Origin: Sphagnum compactum
Taxonomy: Eukaryota
DNA length: 64,000 bases
Assembly (NCBI GenBank): GCA_965153455.1
Contig: OZ234493.1
Span: 4,774,001 to 4,838,000 of the forward strand
Direction of reading: 5' to 3'
A model generated the notes under the pieces. The model was not told the origin of the DNA, ran no database searches, and saw nothing but the letters and a program-made list of their open reading frames with translations. A program made the position numbers and the translations under genes. Shown here piece by piece: positions 26,001 through 40,330 of the stretch; position 1 is the stretch's first letter, and the number at the start of each line of letters is the position of its first letter.

Positions 26001-26717
26001 AAGTTACTGCTTTGTACTTACATTATTTAACCCCCACCCTATGTTCTGTTGCGCCGCCAGGGACCTTTTTTTTTTCCTGTACACTTTTGTGCAAGTTCTG
26101 ACAAGTTCTGCTGTTTTTTTTTATGGGACAGTAACGTACAGTAGAAGCTCCTGAGATTAGGGTACCCTTGAGTCTTCTGATAATAGCCCTGTCTACTACA
26201 ATCTCCCCACTAACCTTTTCCACCACCACACCTTTTCTTTTCTTGGCCAAAAATATGAATTTGACCTATACCAAGCATTTTTCATGCACAACACACATGG
26301 CCCAGATTCGCCACATTTCAAAGGGGAAAATCAAATAAAATCCAAATCGCCAGATCTTTTTTTATGATAAGTTCCAGTAAGTAGCCAAGAATATGGAAGG
26401 ATTTTGTTTTTTTTACTCTAATATCTAGTATTTATGTAGCCAAATCTGGCTAAATCATCTTATGGATGATTGCTGTCACTTCAGCTACATCACAAAATTG
26501 ACCAAAAATAAATAAAAAACCCGGTTTCCACCACAACCCATCTGACCCAAATCCCCCCATCTCCCCTCACCCCCAAACAAACTTCTGGCCCAAACTTCTT
26601 CATAACAAACTGCTGATAATTCATACTTTCTTCCTTTCTTTACTTCAGGTGCTCTATCGTTGTGGTTCTGTATGCACTAGCCTATAAGTAATCTAGTTAA
26701 TCTTTTTTTTCAAATAA

Positions 26718-29406
26718 GTGTAGGGTAAAGCCCGACAATGGGGGAATTCCCAAAATAAAGGGCCTAAGATGGGTAGATAGCCAAGGTGAAGCTTATTGTT
26801 AAGTAGGTCATCAAGCATATAAGGAAGGAGGGGGTTACATATACTCCACATAGGTGTAAACAGTTGTAAAATAGGTGGAGTAGGTCTAAATAGGTGTAAG
26901 TTCCCTCCCGTTCTTAAAGAATAGGCATAATGTCCATCCTCTCTTCTACAAGGCATATATACCATAGCACTTTGGCTGTTTCAACACTTCCATCAAATAA
27001 TTAATTAATATTGAAGAATTCATTCCAACAAATGAAATATTCCTAAATATTCATTATAATCCTTCACAATATTTTTTGATTTGGAAGAAATGATTTTTGA
27101 AAATTTTAACGTTTTTAAAAATAGTATAATTAGTGTTGAATTGGCCAAGGTACTGGGGTATTCAATGGTATAATGTGGCCTCCAAATACACTTAAGGAAT
27201 TTCTCCAAGTGCTCTCCACAAATGCAAAAAAGAAAGAAATAAAAAGATTCCTTATTTACTCATAAGGGCCATCCATCCATGCCCAACCTCCAAGCTAATC
27301 GAATAGGTCTCTCATGAGAATAATGGGTGCAAGTGAATAACAAATGCATGTGAAAAATAGGCTGTGCTCTGACAGAAAGAATGGTTCTTTTGTATAAGCC
27401 AGAAAATATGCATCTATCCATGCCAAAGAAAAATTAAATTAAGTCTTTTAAAGCACTCCAAGAAAAATAAAATTCCTGATGTATTTGGAGGGTACCTTAT
27501 ATTCATGAATATTGCTCTTAGAAAATAGGAGACATATTATGCCTACTCCTACAGAGTGGAGAAAATTTATGGCTACTTGTAGGTGTAAGATTCTTCCCAT
27601 TCTAGAGTAATAGGTGTGTAAGAATCCTTCCCTTCTTACACCTCCTGATCTACATATGTTTAGGTTCATATAGCCTTGGCCTTGTGCTTTACAAGGCATA
27701 AAGCCCAGGAGTGAAGGCATCCCAAAATGCACAACTTGACCCTTATTTTGAGAATGTTCCCACCCTAAGGCTTCGCCCTGTGTTAACAAACATGAGAAGT
27801 GCATGTGAAAGATGGCATGTGAAAAGAGGATTTGTGAACTAGTCCCAATAACCATTTTAGTTAGTTGGTTGCTAAATCCACTATGTTCTAATGGGCAAAT
27901 GGATTTGAGATACCTATCAATGGTCAAATTACTGAAGGAACCTATGAATTGGTTTTGGGTGTCAATTATACTAGTTGCCAATCTTTCAAACTTCAAAGCC
28001 CCTCTGCTAACATTTTTTGTAGTGGCCCCCAATCATAAGATGAATGGGTGTTGACAAGGGGGATGGACATGCAATATTGTGCCAGTTACTCATCTTCAAA
28101 AAGACCAGTAGGTTATGAACAGATCACCCCATGTTGGTTATTGTACTTTCTTCGACACAACAAAGAAAATCATGTTGTAGGATTTTGCTGTGAGTGTGGG
28201 GGGAGGGATGGGTGGAGGGATCAACTTCAGCTCCATCATCAAGGGAAGTGCCATATTTTTTCCACCCATCCCTCCAGCCCAGTCCACACTATAAGAAGAG
28301 CTTACCACAACAAACACAGCTGTTTGTCCACCTTAGAATGTGGTACATAACATACCATGTCCTTGGCCCCTTACATAGGGTGGGGGAGAACTTTGGGCAA
28401 AGGATATGGGATAGAGCAAGGGGCTGTTGGGAACACCCTTGAGGAACATCATGAGAGAACCCATTGGAAACCAGCGAACATCATTGGGAACATGATGGAT
28501 GGGAACACATGAATTAAAAAATTCCATCCTCAAACCCTCTTCTCCCGAAGGGGAAAAGAAGATGAACGCTTTTGAGGGTATGTTCAGTGTCTCATTGGCT
28601 GCATGCATGCCTATTCCTAGACATGGTTGCCAACAATTTTTTTTGCCTCGGATAATACCACTTCTAAAAAGCACACCATGCCTATTGTACTATACATTGA
28701 TCACCTTATGTTACATGGCTACCCTTCACCTTGATCAGACTATAATTGCATTTAAGCTTTAACACTATGCCCATGCAGAAGCCCACTTTACACATGCTCA
28801 CTTGTTTCTTAACCATATAATAAGCTCCCTAAGAGAATTGCATCCCGTTTTCATGTTTCCAAAACAAATTTCCTTTGCCCAATTGTGCACAATACTATAC
28901 ATGGAAATAATGAGCCACTAGGAAAGACACTTTACTGCGTGTGTTCATAAGCAAGACAGGCACTCGACTGTGTTTAAATTGCAGTGGAGTGATCAGCACA
29001 ACAAATGTGCAAAGCACCTCAAGAAATGTTCTACTATATTTGGAGGGCACTTTTTTTTTAAATCCATGAATTTCCATCCCTCTTAGAAACGACCAGTGTT
29101 CTTACACCTACTCCTTAAGAATGGGAGGGACCTTACACCTACTTACATAAGATCTCTCCCACTCTTAAGGAGTACGTGTAAAAAACACTTCATCTCCTCT
29201 ACATCATGATCTACAAATGTTTAGGATTATATAAAGTTCATATCATGCTTTCCAATAGGTACCACCTATGAGTGAGGAAGAATATTAATGTAAATATTTT
29301 GTCTGAATTTTTTTATGTGTAATTGGATGGCATATTACCCAAAATTGGGCAGCCATGAGAGTGCCCGATTCAGGCAGGGCCTACTGCCTGGGGCTTTACC
29401 CTACAC
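26718..29406. mobile_element. Non-autonomous TIR DNA transposon (hAT-like TAGGG ends), about 2.7 kb, with a nested short repeat
   Basis: Perfect 16-bp inverted termini gtgtagggtaaagccc (26718-26733) and gggctttaccctacac (29391-29406). Subterminal TAGGTGTAA motifs on the left and CTTACACCT on the right. A related terminus occurs at about 41905-41960. No TSD found. Confidence 0.65.
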
Positions 29407-29896
29407 AAAACACTAGATGCACGGCGATAGTTCCATCAACACCAAAACCATAACAAGTCAGCCATCAGTAAATAATTTACACCCAAACACTTCTATAGAC
29501 ACTTAGAAGTAGACTGCACACCTCCAAAAATGTAATTTGGTGGAGTCAGGTTCAAGAATAACTACTTGAGAACAAGCCACAAGTGACAGTAGTATGTTAC
29601 AAATATGAGTCAACAAAAAAACCTTGAATCATCATTTTCTAGGTGGGAAATTGGAGCTTACAAAGTGGCGGGGGTACAATTGGGGATCCGGTGTATCATT
29701 CTATTTACCTCAGCCACACAAATAACCCAGCCTCCAGTTTCATCGGCAGTTGCCAAAGAAACAGGCCATACAAACACTGTGAGACGCTGGTGAAAAGACA
29801 GTTGTTAAGAATTGGTAATAAAGTAGGTGAGGAATCTGTCAAAACAAGACCTAAAATTTCTTTTGAATTTACAACAGCTTACACTAGTGTAATAAC

Positions 29897-30324
29897 CAGT
29901 GTTGGCCAGATACCGCATGAAGTCCAGGATAGCAATAATGCATATTTTGTAAAAAGAATTTAATCAGAAGGATATGCATCAAATAAAAATTCAACAATTT
30001 ATTTCACCTTAAGTTCAATTTTTTTCTTTCAGCAAATATGGATTTGTTAATATTCAAATTCAAATTAACTATGTATACATACTAAAGTTGTGTGTGTTTA
30101 GATGATCACATTTTTTTCCACTCACATGAGAGTGTACACTCCTAAACTGAAATACCTTGCAGGGGAGTTGAACTCACTGCATGCTTGTCACAACCACACC
30201 CCAAAGCCCACTCCAATTACCTTACATAAAAACCCCACCTCTATAATAACTTGCCAGGATATTCATATCCAGGATCTCATTAAAAAATCACCATTGAATA
30301 TGCATATTGCATGGTCACAATTGA

Positions 30325-30365
<41 letters not shown>

Positions 30366-30511
30366 GGATATCCATATGATCTAGGTTTGCCAATTACCTA
30401 CAATGCTGACTATGGGAAAACAATCAAAATCCGGATATGCATTTGTGCATGCATATCTAATTATTATGAATGTCAATAACCAACGCCCACCAATATATCC
30501 AGCCAACATTG
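29897..30511. mobile_element. hAT-type MITE
   Basis: TIRs CAGTGTTGGC / GCCAACATTG; 8-bp flanks GTAATAAC and GTATTAGC; contains (TA)n at 30328-30362. Confidence 0.7.
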
Positions 30512-30519
30512 GTATTAGC

Positions 30520-31124
30520 TAGTATTGTTTTGGTTCCTATCTTTTCAAGGGAACCTCTGTTCACAATTCAAGGGAACCTCTGTTTTTAATTTTAGAAAAC
30601 CTTCTGTTCTAGTCCAAGGATTCTTCATTAATTTGATGGATACTTGGGTCTGATTTTGGACCTAGTTCATCACATTTCTAAACTTTGGTTTCCCATTCTT
30701 ATAAAAAAACTCCTAAGTGAGTCTAGTTCCAAATAGATCTAGTTTTACTTACCTACAAATAGCCCAAAATTCAAGATTTTCTAGTTCCAAGCATTGTAGA
30801 ACCAGTGCCTAACCTCAAACCACATCACCACCATGCTTAATATTTTAAAAAGCCCTTTGTATAATTGAGACTTGTTCACAAAGTAAAAACATGTTTAACC
30901 CAACCTTAATTAATTAATTGATTTTTTTTAAATAAAATAAAAGTTAAGAACTAAACCCTATACCAAATATGTTTTGAGGCTGGGTTTGGGTCTGGGTCAA
31001 GTTCTAGCCAAAGGAAATTTCTCAAGTCTGGGTCTAGATTAGAATTTTTTTTTGTTTCCTCAAAATTTAGAAGTGATGGTCTAGGGACTCAAAACTGGCT
31101 CAAACCCCAAAACGAACAACATTG
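30520..31124. mobile_element. Second, different hAT-type MITE directly adjacent to the first
   Basis: Ends TAGTATTGTT / AACAACATTG; 8-bp flanks GTATTAGC and GTAATAAC; interior shows no evident similarity to the neighbour. Confidence 0.6.
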
Positions 31125-33430
31125 GTAATAACTTGGCCAAAAAAAATTAGTGTTAGGGAAAGGCACATTATCTACAATAATATTGCCTCTTTGAAATGCA
31201 GTTAAAAAATGAAATGCCCACTCCTATGCCCACTCCTATGTTTGTTTGGAGATGTATCGCCCTTTTTTAAACCTTTCCTCCATGAGACTCATCATGTATT
31301 GGGAGAAAAAAGAAAAAAACTATGCCAAGTTATGACCAGTGTTGTGTAGTATACGTTATATCCAAATATATTTGTCACATACAGATAGAGTATAAAATTT
31401 ATTTTAACTTTTTTTTAAAATCAATATATCCTAATGAAGTGCATACTTAGAAGGGTATGTAAATCTGAAGATTTTATAAATTGTTCATAACCTTAGGAAT
31501 ATGTTAAAAAGTACATGTATGCAAAGCTGGATATGTTTTGGCATTGGAGTAAAAAAAAACAGGGGGCAGCAGGCAGGGGATAAGTATGATCGAAACCCCA
31601 AATTTTGTTAGTTCTATTAGTTAGATGAAGTGCTTCCCAAGCTCTTTTTCTTTCTTTTGCAATGAGCCATTTTGATTAGCCCATCACAAGACCAAAGTAA
31701 TAATAAATAATAATAATAAATCATTGAAAAAAAACTGAAACTTTGGATGCAAAGGTTTCTATGTCCCAAAATAAAAGTTTCTATGTTTAATTGTAGTGTC
31801 TTCCTTTTGGCCCACCTATATAGGTGAGAAGAAGAGAACTTTGGGCAAACCATATGGGTTAAGATTAAGGTGCCAAGAGAGGGAGGATCAAAAAAAAAAG
31901 ATCCAAAGATACATTCTCAGAGGTAGTTCATATTTGTAGGTTAATCAAAGGTTAATCAAACACTTTGTTTCTTACATTATGACATTGAATTTGACCTCTA
32001 AAGTTTGTCTTAAAAATTCCAAAACATGTGAATATTTTGCTCCATTTTAATTTATTAAAAATACATACCTTTTTAACCTCAAAAAATAGGGGTACCTAGA
32101 CCCTACACATCTATTAAAAGATTTAATTTTTGTATACTCAAACCCTGTTCTAATGATTTTTTTTGGATACAAATGTACCCTTACTTGATTGGTAAATAAA
32201 TTGAAAAAATCTATATTTTCACCTGAGGATATATCAAAAACAACATACCCACACAACATTGATTATGACACCTTTAGATGGGAATTCCTAGTGTGGGTCC
32301 CTTTTTCAACTTGTGCCCTGGGGCCTCAGTCTTTGGGAACACCCTTGTGTTCTGAGTGTCATACTACATATAATCTTCCTCCTAGCATCCTACACAGTTT
32401 ATGTGCAGGATAAAGACCAACAATGAAGTTGTTCTCAAAATGACGGCCAAGCATATTGTAAGGAGTTGAACGTGGGACTTGAATTCTAAGAATTGCCTTT
32501 TTTTTATGTCCTTACCCAACCTAAAAAATTGGTATCATTTTGCTTCAAAATAGATCATTATGATTTTACTTGGGAGGACAAGAAATACCTTATATACAAG
32601 GTTTTTCATTTTTAAGGAATCTGCATGTAAGGTGCCATCCTTTATTGAGGCAAAATTTTACCGAAGTTAAAACACCATTCACATCAACCTTTATATTAAT
32701 TTTTTTGAAATTTTGAATAGGTGGCTCTTACAGATACAACATTGGTGTATATTTGACAATATTGCAAATGTTGAAATGTGAAACTTTTAGCTAAACAAAT
32801 CTTGAATAAATAAAAAACTAGTTACATATGTGCAAGAAAGAAATTTCAGTTCAAGTTGGTGAGATATCTTTATTTGCAACAAAAAAAGTTGACAAAATTC
32901 ACAAAGGGAAATCTAGAACATGCCTATGGAGTCTATGTACTATGGAGCTTTATGACAATGCATTATGGAACTATCTATGTGCTGAAACCTTTCAAGGATA
33001 CATGAAAGGAAGCCTTGTTCATCTCTGAGTGATTTTTTTTAAAACATGAAAAAAGATTCAAATACACATACATTCAAATACATATAGACTCAATGATGCA
33101 TAAATATCGATGTATATGCAACCTTACACATGCATAGACCATGGATGTTCACATATTACATAAACTCAAATGCACACATTTAGACACACATTCAACATTC
33201 AACATTCAAACTATAAACAATGTATAATGGACATTCAAACAATGGACAGTGGATGGACACTCAAATAAGGGACAATCAAACACAATGGACAAAACACTTA
33301 GACACATGAAACATTCAAATACTCAAACAATCAACCTTAGACACACAAAGCATTCAAACACAACATCCTCCAAGGCACTTAAACACTTAGACAACCATGG
33401 TCCACAAAGCAACTTCTAAATGAAATTTAA

Positions 33431-34711
33431 TGTTGTAACTTCCTTAGTGAATAAATCACATAGCTTTGGTCAAAAGTTTCCACCATCAAGCTATGGAACC
33501 CCAACTCATTGCCATTATAATCTAATTCCAACTTTCCCTAGGTTTATAATCCTTCTAATCATCAAAGCAACATCATATACATAAAGGCATTCAAAGTGTA
33601 GAAAGTTTAGAAATACATCCCAACAATAATGTACATAGGTGTGAATTCATTGAAACAATTTTTCATCTTTGATTTCATAAAAAAAGGTGGAAAAGGTTTA
33701 CTCATCCTACATTGACCTTAGCATTTGCAACATTGTAATCTTATCAGTTTGAAAAATTTAAGAAATGAATGTTTTAAGATGCAAAAAACTTATAACATGC
33801 ATGAAAACAACCAAGTCTACTGGATTTCTTAAACGAAGACGAAAACACAAGTAGTCCTAGTTCCAAATCCAGATCGTGAAACCAAAAAAACAAGAACATA
33901 AACACAACATGTGCAAGACAAGAATCCAAGAAAATTTTATTGTAAGAACGAAATAAAAACAAAACAATGACAAAATAACATACCCAAAACTAGTGTTGAA
34001 CATACTAAAGGTTCTACCTCTATTTATACCCCTTGAGGACCTAATTCAAGGAAGCCTCCATAAAAGCCTTGTCCCCATGTGGGGCCCATGACCACCCATG
34101 TGTGGCCCATGATTAGATTAAAAATGAATTAGGAGTGAAGTAATAATTAATTATGAGTGATTGAATTAACAATTAATTAAATGTGAATTAACAATTAACT
34201 AAAAGTGAACTAAACGAATAATTAATTAAAAGTGAACTAAGAGTGTGATGTTGGCAATGATGCTGACCATGATGCTGGTGATGATGTTGAAAATGGTGTT
34301 CACGATGTCATTCATTTCAAAACCTCCAACGTGTGCCAAAGTTTTGTTAAAATTTTGACATGAAATAGAGCCTCCATTGCAACATCATGATTCAAAAATA
34401 AAGACCTAAGCAAGATGTTTTAGCATCATCCATAATATTAATGAAAGTCTCCCAAATCATTAGGACCTTTTCACCATCGGGATCTAAATTCATAGCCTAG
34501 AAAGTGAAACACGAAGAATCAAAGCCCAAATATTCAACACTTGGGGTGTTGTGGAGGTTGAATGAAGTCACCTTCCATTTAAATGCATTAGGTTTTATTA
34601 CAATCAACTAAATCTTGAAAGTATTTGAAAATATTAAACATTTATTAATTTGTCACAAGTTTTGAATAATGAAAGTAAAGTTGTATTTGGCAAATCTTGA
34701 TGGTTACAACA
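33431..34711. mobile_element. 1.28-kb element with TG..CA termini (old solo LTR or TIR element)
   Basis: Perfect 9-bp inverted ends tgttgtaac / gttacaaca with TAA on both flanks. Internal minus-strand TATAAATAGAGG at about 34017-34028, as in LTR promoters. Confidence 0.45.
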
Positions 34712-37209
34712 TAATTACCAAACAAAGCATGCCTCACCTTTATGCAAATTTTATCAATGCATGGGTGAAAACATAATATAAGGAACCATAAAGGGTGTGG
34801 ATAGTGTATAAAATTGTAAGATCTTGAATTTTGATTAGTAGCAAATGTGACAAAAACATTTCAATTTTTCTTCAAAATATGGTGAAAATATTTTTTCCAT
34901 TTGTGAAAATTTCACAAAAAATGGTCAGACAAAGTGATTTTAAATATTTATTTCAAAATTTTAATGTAATGTTTTCAACTAAAATAATGTGATTATGTGG
35001 TTTCATAATAAAATAAAATAGAAATAGAAATACATAGTTTGAAATCGATTATACAATTTGTTAGGCTTCTAATACTTAATTTATTTTAATTTATTTTTTT
35101 CTTAATTTTTTAATTTGCCGCATAAGATTTCACAAAATTAGCATGTTTCAATCACAACAGTCATACATGGTGATGTGTTGTTGTCCCTTTCATATCCTAG
35201 TCATTGAATTTAGTCATGACATTAGCCTTACAATTTCCATGTGGGTTTTCCATGGTGGACAACTTAACTTTTATATTTATTCAATGAGTCAAGGTTTTTT
35301 TTTTATGGAGTTTATGTATTTTAATGTATTTTGATCCAACCAAACAAGGGTCAATTAAAATTCAAAAATCTTTAAAAGAATTTTTTTTCTTTTAATTTTT
35401 TTAGATCGATTTACACAAGGTAGGTAAGTGCAAATCATTAACACTTATACTTACAAACTTTTACATGACTTAAAAAAATTTACAATTACATTTACATGGA
35501 GTTAATGTCTAAAATTATATACATGCATAACATTGATTAAATTAGATAAAGTTAATCATATTAGTCAAATAACAATGACCCAACAACTATAATCTTAGTC
35601 GTGATGCTAAGGATGGAAAAAACATAATTTTGTTATATTGTGTTGTTATTTATGCTAGAGGTTTTAACCTTTCATCTTTTTCATGTGACACTAACCCACA
35701 ATAATCTTTCAATTTCATTATAGAATGCCTATCTTTTTCATCAACATTGATATTTAAAACCCATGGAAATATTTGGTTTTCATTTGATTGTTAGGACTTT
35801 GATTGTTAGTTTATTTACAATAAATAAATATCTCCCTATTTTTATAGTTCAATTTTTTGTATCTCTTCTATAATGCTAGGTGCCTTGTTGCAATTTGCTT
35901 ATTATGACATCATACTTATTTGCCACATCCTTGCACGTGGATCAATCCCAATGTTGAACCTTCAAATTGAATTTTTTCATTAGCCTTTCTTATTCATCAA
36001 ATTTCAAATATGACATGTTAGGCAAATGAATGTGAAAGTCATACTTGACATGGAATGAAACATTTAGGAAATCAATCTAAGATGATCATCAAAATTCATT
36101 ATTGCTAAATTTCACCAATTATACATGTTCCACTCCAAAATTGCCATGAACATACATACATGAAAACAAGTAAAGGTTTTGTGATAAATTTAACCTAAAG
36201 CCAACAAATGTAGAAAATAGATCAAATCTTTGTGTCAATTGTAAAATTTTGATAAGGATAAGTTCAAAAACAATGCACATGTATTGCTAGATTGTGTTCA
36301 TGGTTATATTTTATGCCATATTTGACAATTTTACACCATTTTGCCATTTGGGCAAACACTCATTCAATGGCATGTGCCACATTTACTTAATAGGAAATAC
36401 ACAAGTTTTGGGTAGGCATTGGCACATTGGGTGATGCCTTCTTGTGTTCATGGTTATATATGACATTCATGATTTCATGTGTTCCACATCTTTTAAATGT
36501 TGCTAAAAAGAAACCTAATCCCTTGCTTTTAGATTGTGACTTGTGAGGCTCACTTGTAATTGCAAGACTATATCATTGAAAAAAGATGAAATTTGTTATG
36601 AAAATATTTATTTGATTTGAAGTCTTTTGACTCACAAATTGTTAACGGATTCAAAATCTACATTGTTTCATTACCATTAATGATTTCCTATTTCATATGC
36701 CTTATCTATTTGTTAGTGCACCCACAATACCTTCCTCCCACTAAATACATGTAAATCAAGAATCAAAATATTAGTGAAACATGGTTATGAATAGCTTAAA
36801 AATAGAGGAAAACCTAGGAGGACATTAAATACCCCCTAACAAGTTTTTGCAATACATTAGTCAAACCTTGTGCATAATCATGCTTGTGCCACAAGAATGC
36901 TTAGGCAAAGCTTGTTAGGTGTTATTTAACATCACTACTAGAATTCCTTTTTTTTTTTACTAGAAATTTTGGTAAAAAAAGATCCATTTTGGGCAAACGT
37001 AAAAAAACCCTCCCAATCATTTTGAACTTGTCCATTGTGACTAGGCCATGTATTTTTTTACCAAGCCTAAATTGACATTTTTTATTAGTCATTCTAATTG
37101 GTACTTTTGACTAATCATTTTGACTAGTATTTTTGATTAGTCATTTTGATTAGTCAATATAATAGTCAAATGATTTTTTGATTGGTCAAACACCATTTTG
37201 AGTAGGCAA

Positions 37210-37470
37210 ATGCCATGTGACATTTAAACAATGGCCACCCAAGTTAAATCACGTGGCATCTAAACATTGGCCACCTAGGCTATGCCACATGGCATTTAAA
37301 CATTGGCCATATCGGCTACGCCACATGACATTCAAACATTGGTCATCCAGGTTATGCCATGTGGCATTTAAACATTGGTCATCCAGGTTATGCCACGTGG
37401 CATTTAAACATTGGCCATCTAGGCTATGCTTCGTGGCATTTAACAATGGCCACTAAGTTATGCCACATGG
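37210..37470. repeat. Tandem array of about 7.3 x 36 bp, consensus ATGCCACGTGGCATTTAAACATTGGCCATCYAGG(C/T)T
   Basis: Units start at 37210, 37246, 37282, 37318, 37354, 37390, 37426 and 37460 (partial). Confidence 0.95.
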
Positions 37471-38399
37471 ATAAAACCTAAATAACCTAGGTTAGACATG
37501 ATGTTAGATACCTATTCCTAAGGTCCTTATGTTTAAGAACCTACAACCTAAATTCCTAGCCCTAGGTCTATAACTAGCAATTAGGTATAGAAACCTAAAT
37601 AGGTTAGGGCAATCTAAACTATGACTTTTACAAAGTTTAAATGTACACCACTTATATTAAGTCTACACCTAGATGACCTATGTAGGAAAATCCTATTTCA
37701 TTTTGAATTTGACCTTTAGGGTTGAACCTCTACAATTAGCTTATCCCAAATGGCCTTTTTTTTAAAAACATTTCTTATGTCCTAGATGCTTATGGTGCAT
37801 CTATTTATATTGCTTATCATTTGTAAAGGATGACAAATAACATGGGACAAACTTTTGGGAAGGAGAAATATTTTTATGTCCACACAACATTAGAACCTTT
37901 TAGTTCACATAACATTATTCTTAAATAATTATGTAAGATACATAAATTAAGTAAATAAATAAATAAAAAGGTATGTAAATATGTATGTTAATTAAATTAA
38001 ATTAAAAACTATTAATAGTTAATGTTTAGTTATTTAGTTATATTTAATAATTACAACCAAATTATAACTAATCCTTACACATTTGACCTAATTCATTATA
38101 TATTATCAGCAATGTATTTGTAATTAATATTTAACTATTTAATTACACATTCATTAATGTATTTTAGGTAAATAACTAGTTAACCAACTAGTATTTATCA
38201 TAAGTATATAAACGACCTACCCTAACCTATATAACTAGGTTACTTATAGGCTAAAATATACGTAAATAGGTGGAGTATAAATAGGGTATGTATAAATAAA
38301 TACACCTACATATAAGCTAATTGTATTTAGGTTATTTAATCACATACTTACATAATATAAGTTAAATAGGTGGTGAATTTAACCTAGGAAAATTTAATT

Positions 38400-40330
38400 A
38401 TCAAAAAACTAATGATTGGTAAAATTATTGTTTAAATGAACCAAAATTAAATAATTATGAAAAAATAACCATGACTAAACTAATTATGGTTCAATTAACC
38501 ATATATAAATAAATATGGTGAAACTAACCATGAAACAAGTAAATAAGGCCAAGTTAACCAATGAATTAATGTGGTTAAACTAACCATAAGTAAAGTATAT
38601 ATGGTTAAACTAACCAATGAATAAATATCTTATGATTAAACTAAAAATGATTGAACTAACCAGGAATAAAATAAATATGGCCAAACTAACTAAATACTAA
38701 ATAATTTATGTTTAAACCAACAGTGATTAAACTAATCATGAATAAAGTTAATATGGCTAAACTAACCAATGAATAAATATTTTATGGCTAAACCAATTAT
38801 GCATAAATTAATTATGGCTAAAATAATAATGAATGAAATAATTATGGTTCAAATCAAAATGGTTAAAATATTTATGGCAAAATTGACCATGGCTAAACTA
38901 AAAATGATTAAACTAACCATAAGTAAATAAATTTGACTAAATTAACAAATGAATATATATTTTATGGTAAAACCAATTATGGAAAACTTACTTATGGTTA
39001 AAATAAACATGAATGAAGTAATTATGGTTAAAATCAAAATGGTTAAACTAACCATGAGTAAATAAATTTGATTAAACTAACCACTAATAAAGTTAATATG
39101 GCTAAACTAACTAATGACTAAATATTTTATAGCAAAATCAATTATGCAAAAATTAATTATGGCTAAGATAAACATGCATAAAATAATTATGACAAAATTA
39201 ACCATGGCTAAATTAGAAATGGTTAAACTAACTATGAGTAAATAATTTAGCTAAACTAACCAGTAATAAAGTTAATATGGCTAACTAACTAATGAATAAA
39301 TAATTTATGGCAAAACCAAATATGCAAAAAATAATAATGGCTAAAATAAATATGAATGAAATAAAATGGCTAAAATGAAAATGGTTTAAATATTTATGAC
39401 AAATTAACCATGGCTAAATTAGAAATGGTTAAATGGATAAATAAAATTGGCTAAACTAACAATGAATAGATTTAATATGGCTAAACTAACAAATGAAAAA
39501 ATATTTTATGGCTAAACCGATTATGAAAAATTGAATTATGGCTAAAATAAACATGAATGAAAAAATATGTCTGAAATCAAAATGGTTTAAATAATTATGG
39601 CAAAACCAGCTATGGTTGAACTACTAAGCATGAGTAAAAATGAATTTGGCTAAAATAAACATGAGTGAAATAATTATGGCCAAAATAAAAGTGTTTAAAA
39701 AAATTATGGCAAAACCAACCATGGTTAAATTAACAATAGTTTTAAATTAATTATGGGTCTATTGATTATGGTTAATTTTATTGATGTAGAATAATAATAT
39801 GTTTAAAATAAATATAACTAATTTAATTATGCTTATAATAAGCATGGTTAAATTCATTATGGCAAAACCAACAATTGCCCAACTAATAATAGTTAAATTA
39901 ATTATGTTAAACTAATTATCATGGCTAAACTTACTAAGGTTAAACCAACTATTGTTAAATTGACCATGCTTAAACTATATTATGATTGTTAAATTACTTA
40001 TGCCTAAACTAGCCATTATTAACCTAAATATGGCCCAAAAAATGATGGAATGATTAATTATGGATAATTGAGTCATGGTTAAATTAAATATGGCTAGATT
40101 AATCATGGTTAAAACATATACAACTAAACAAATTATGGTTAATTGAACATGATTAAATTGACCATGGTTAGATTAATTATGGTTAGTTTTAATTTCAAAT
40201 TTTTTTTCATAGGTAGTTGAGCCATCACTGATTTCAATAGTCAATTTAACCATAGTTAGATAAACCATATATATAATTAGTTTAATCATAATTAATTTGG
40301 TCATGATTCATTTAGTTATGATTAGTTAAC
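38400..40330. repeat. AT-rich satellite-like array of ATGGYTAAAYTAAYY subunits with higher-order units of about 160-200 bp
   Basis: The block aataaagttaatatggctaaactaac..aatattttatggc..aattatg recurs at about 38741, 38925, 39086, 39265 and 39464. Confidence 0.85.

Noticed and set aside
27448-28032. 194-aa minus-strand ORF
   Set aside because: It lies inside a non-autonomous TIR element, crosses subterminal repeat motifs and has no recognisable domain.
37217-37456. Repetitive peptides (FKHWP..) and a CRISPR-like 36-bp periodicity
   Set aside because: Head-to-tail tandem repeat with no unique spacers and no cas genes, in eukaryotic DNA; the ORFs are by-products of a unit length divisible by three.
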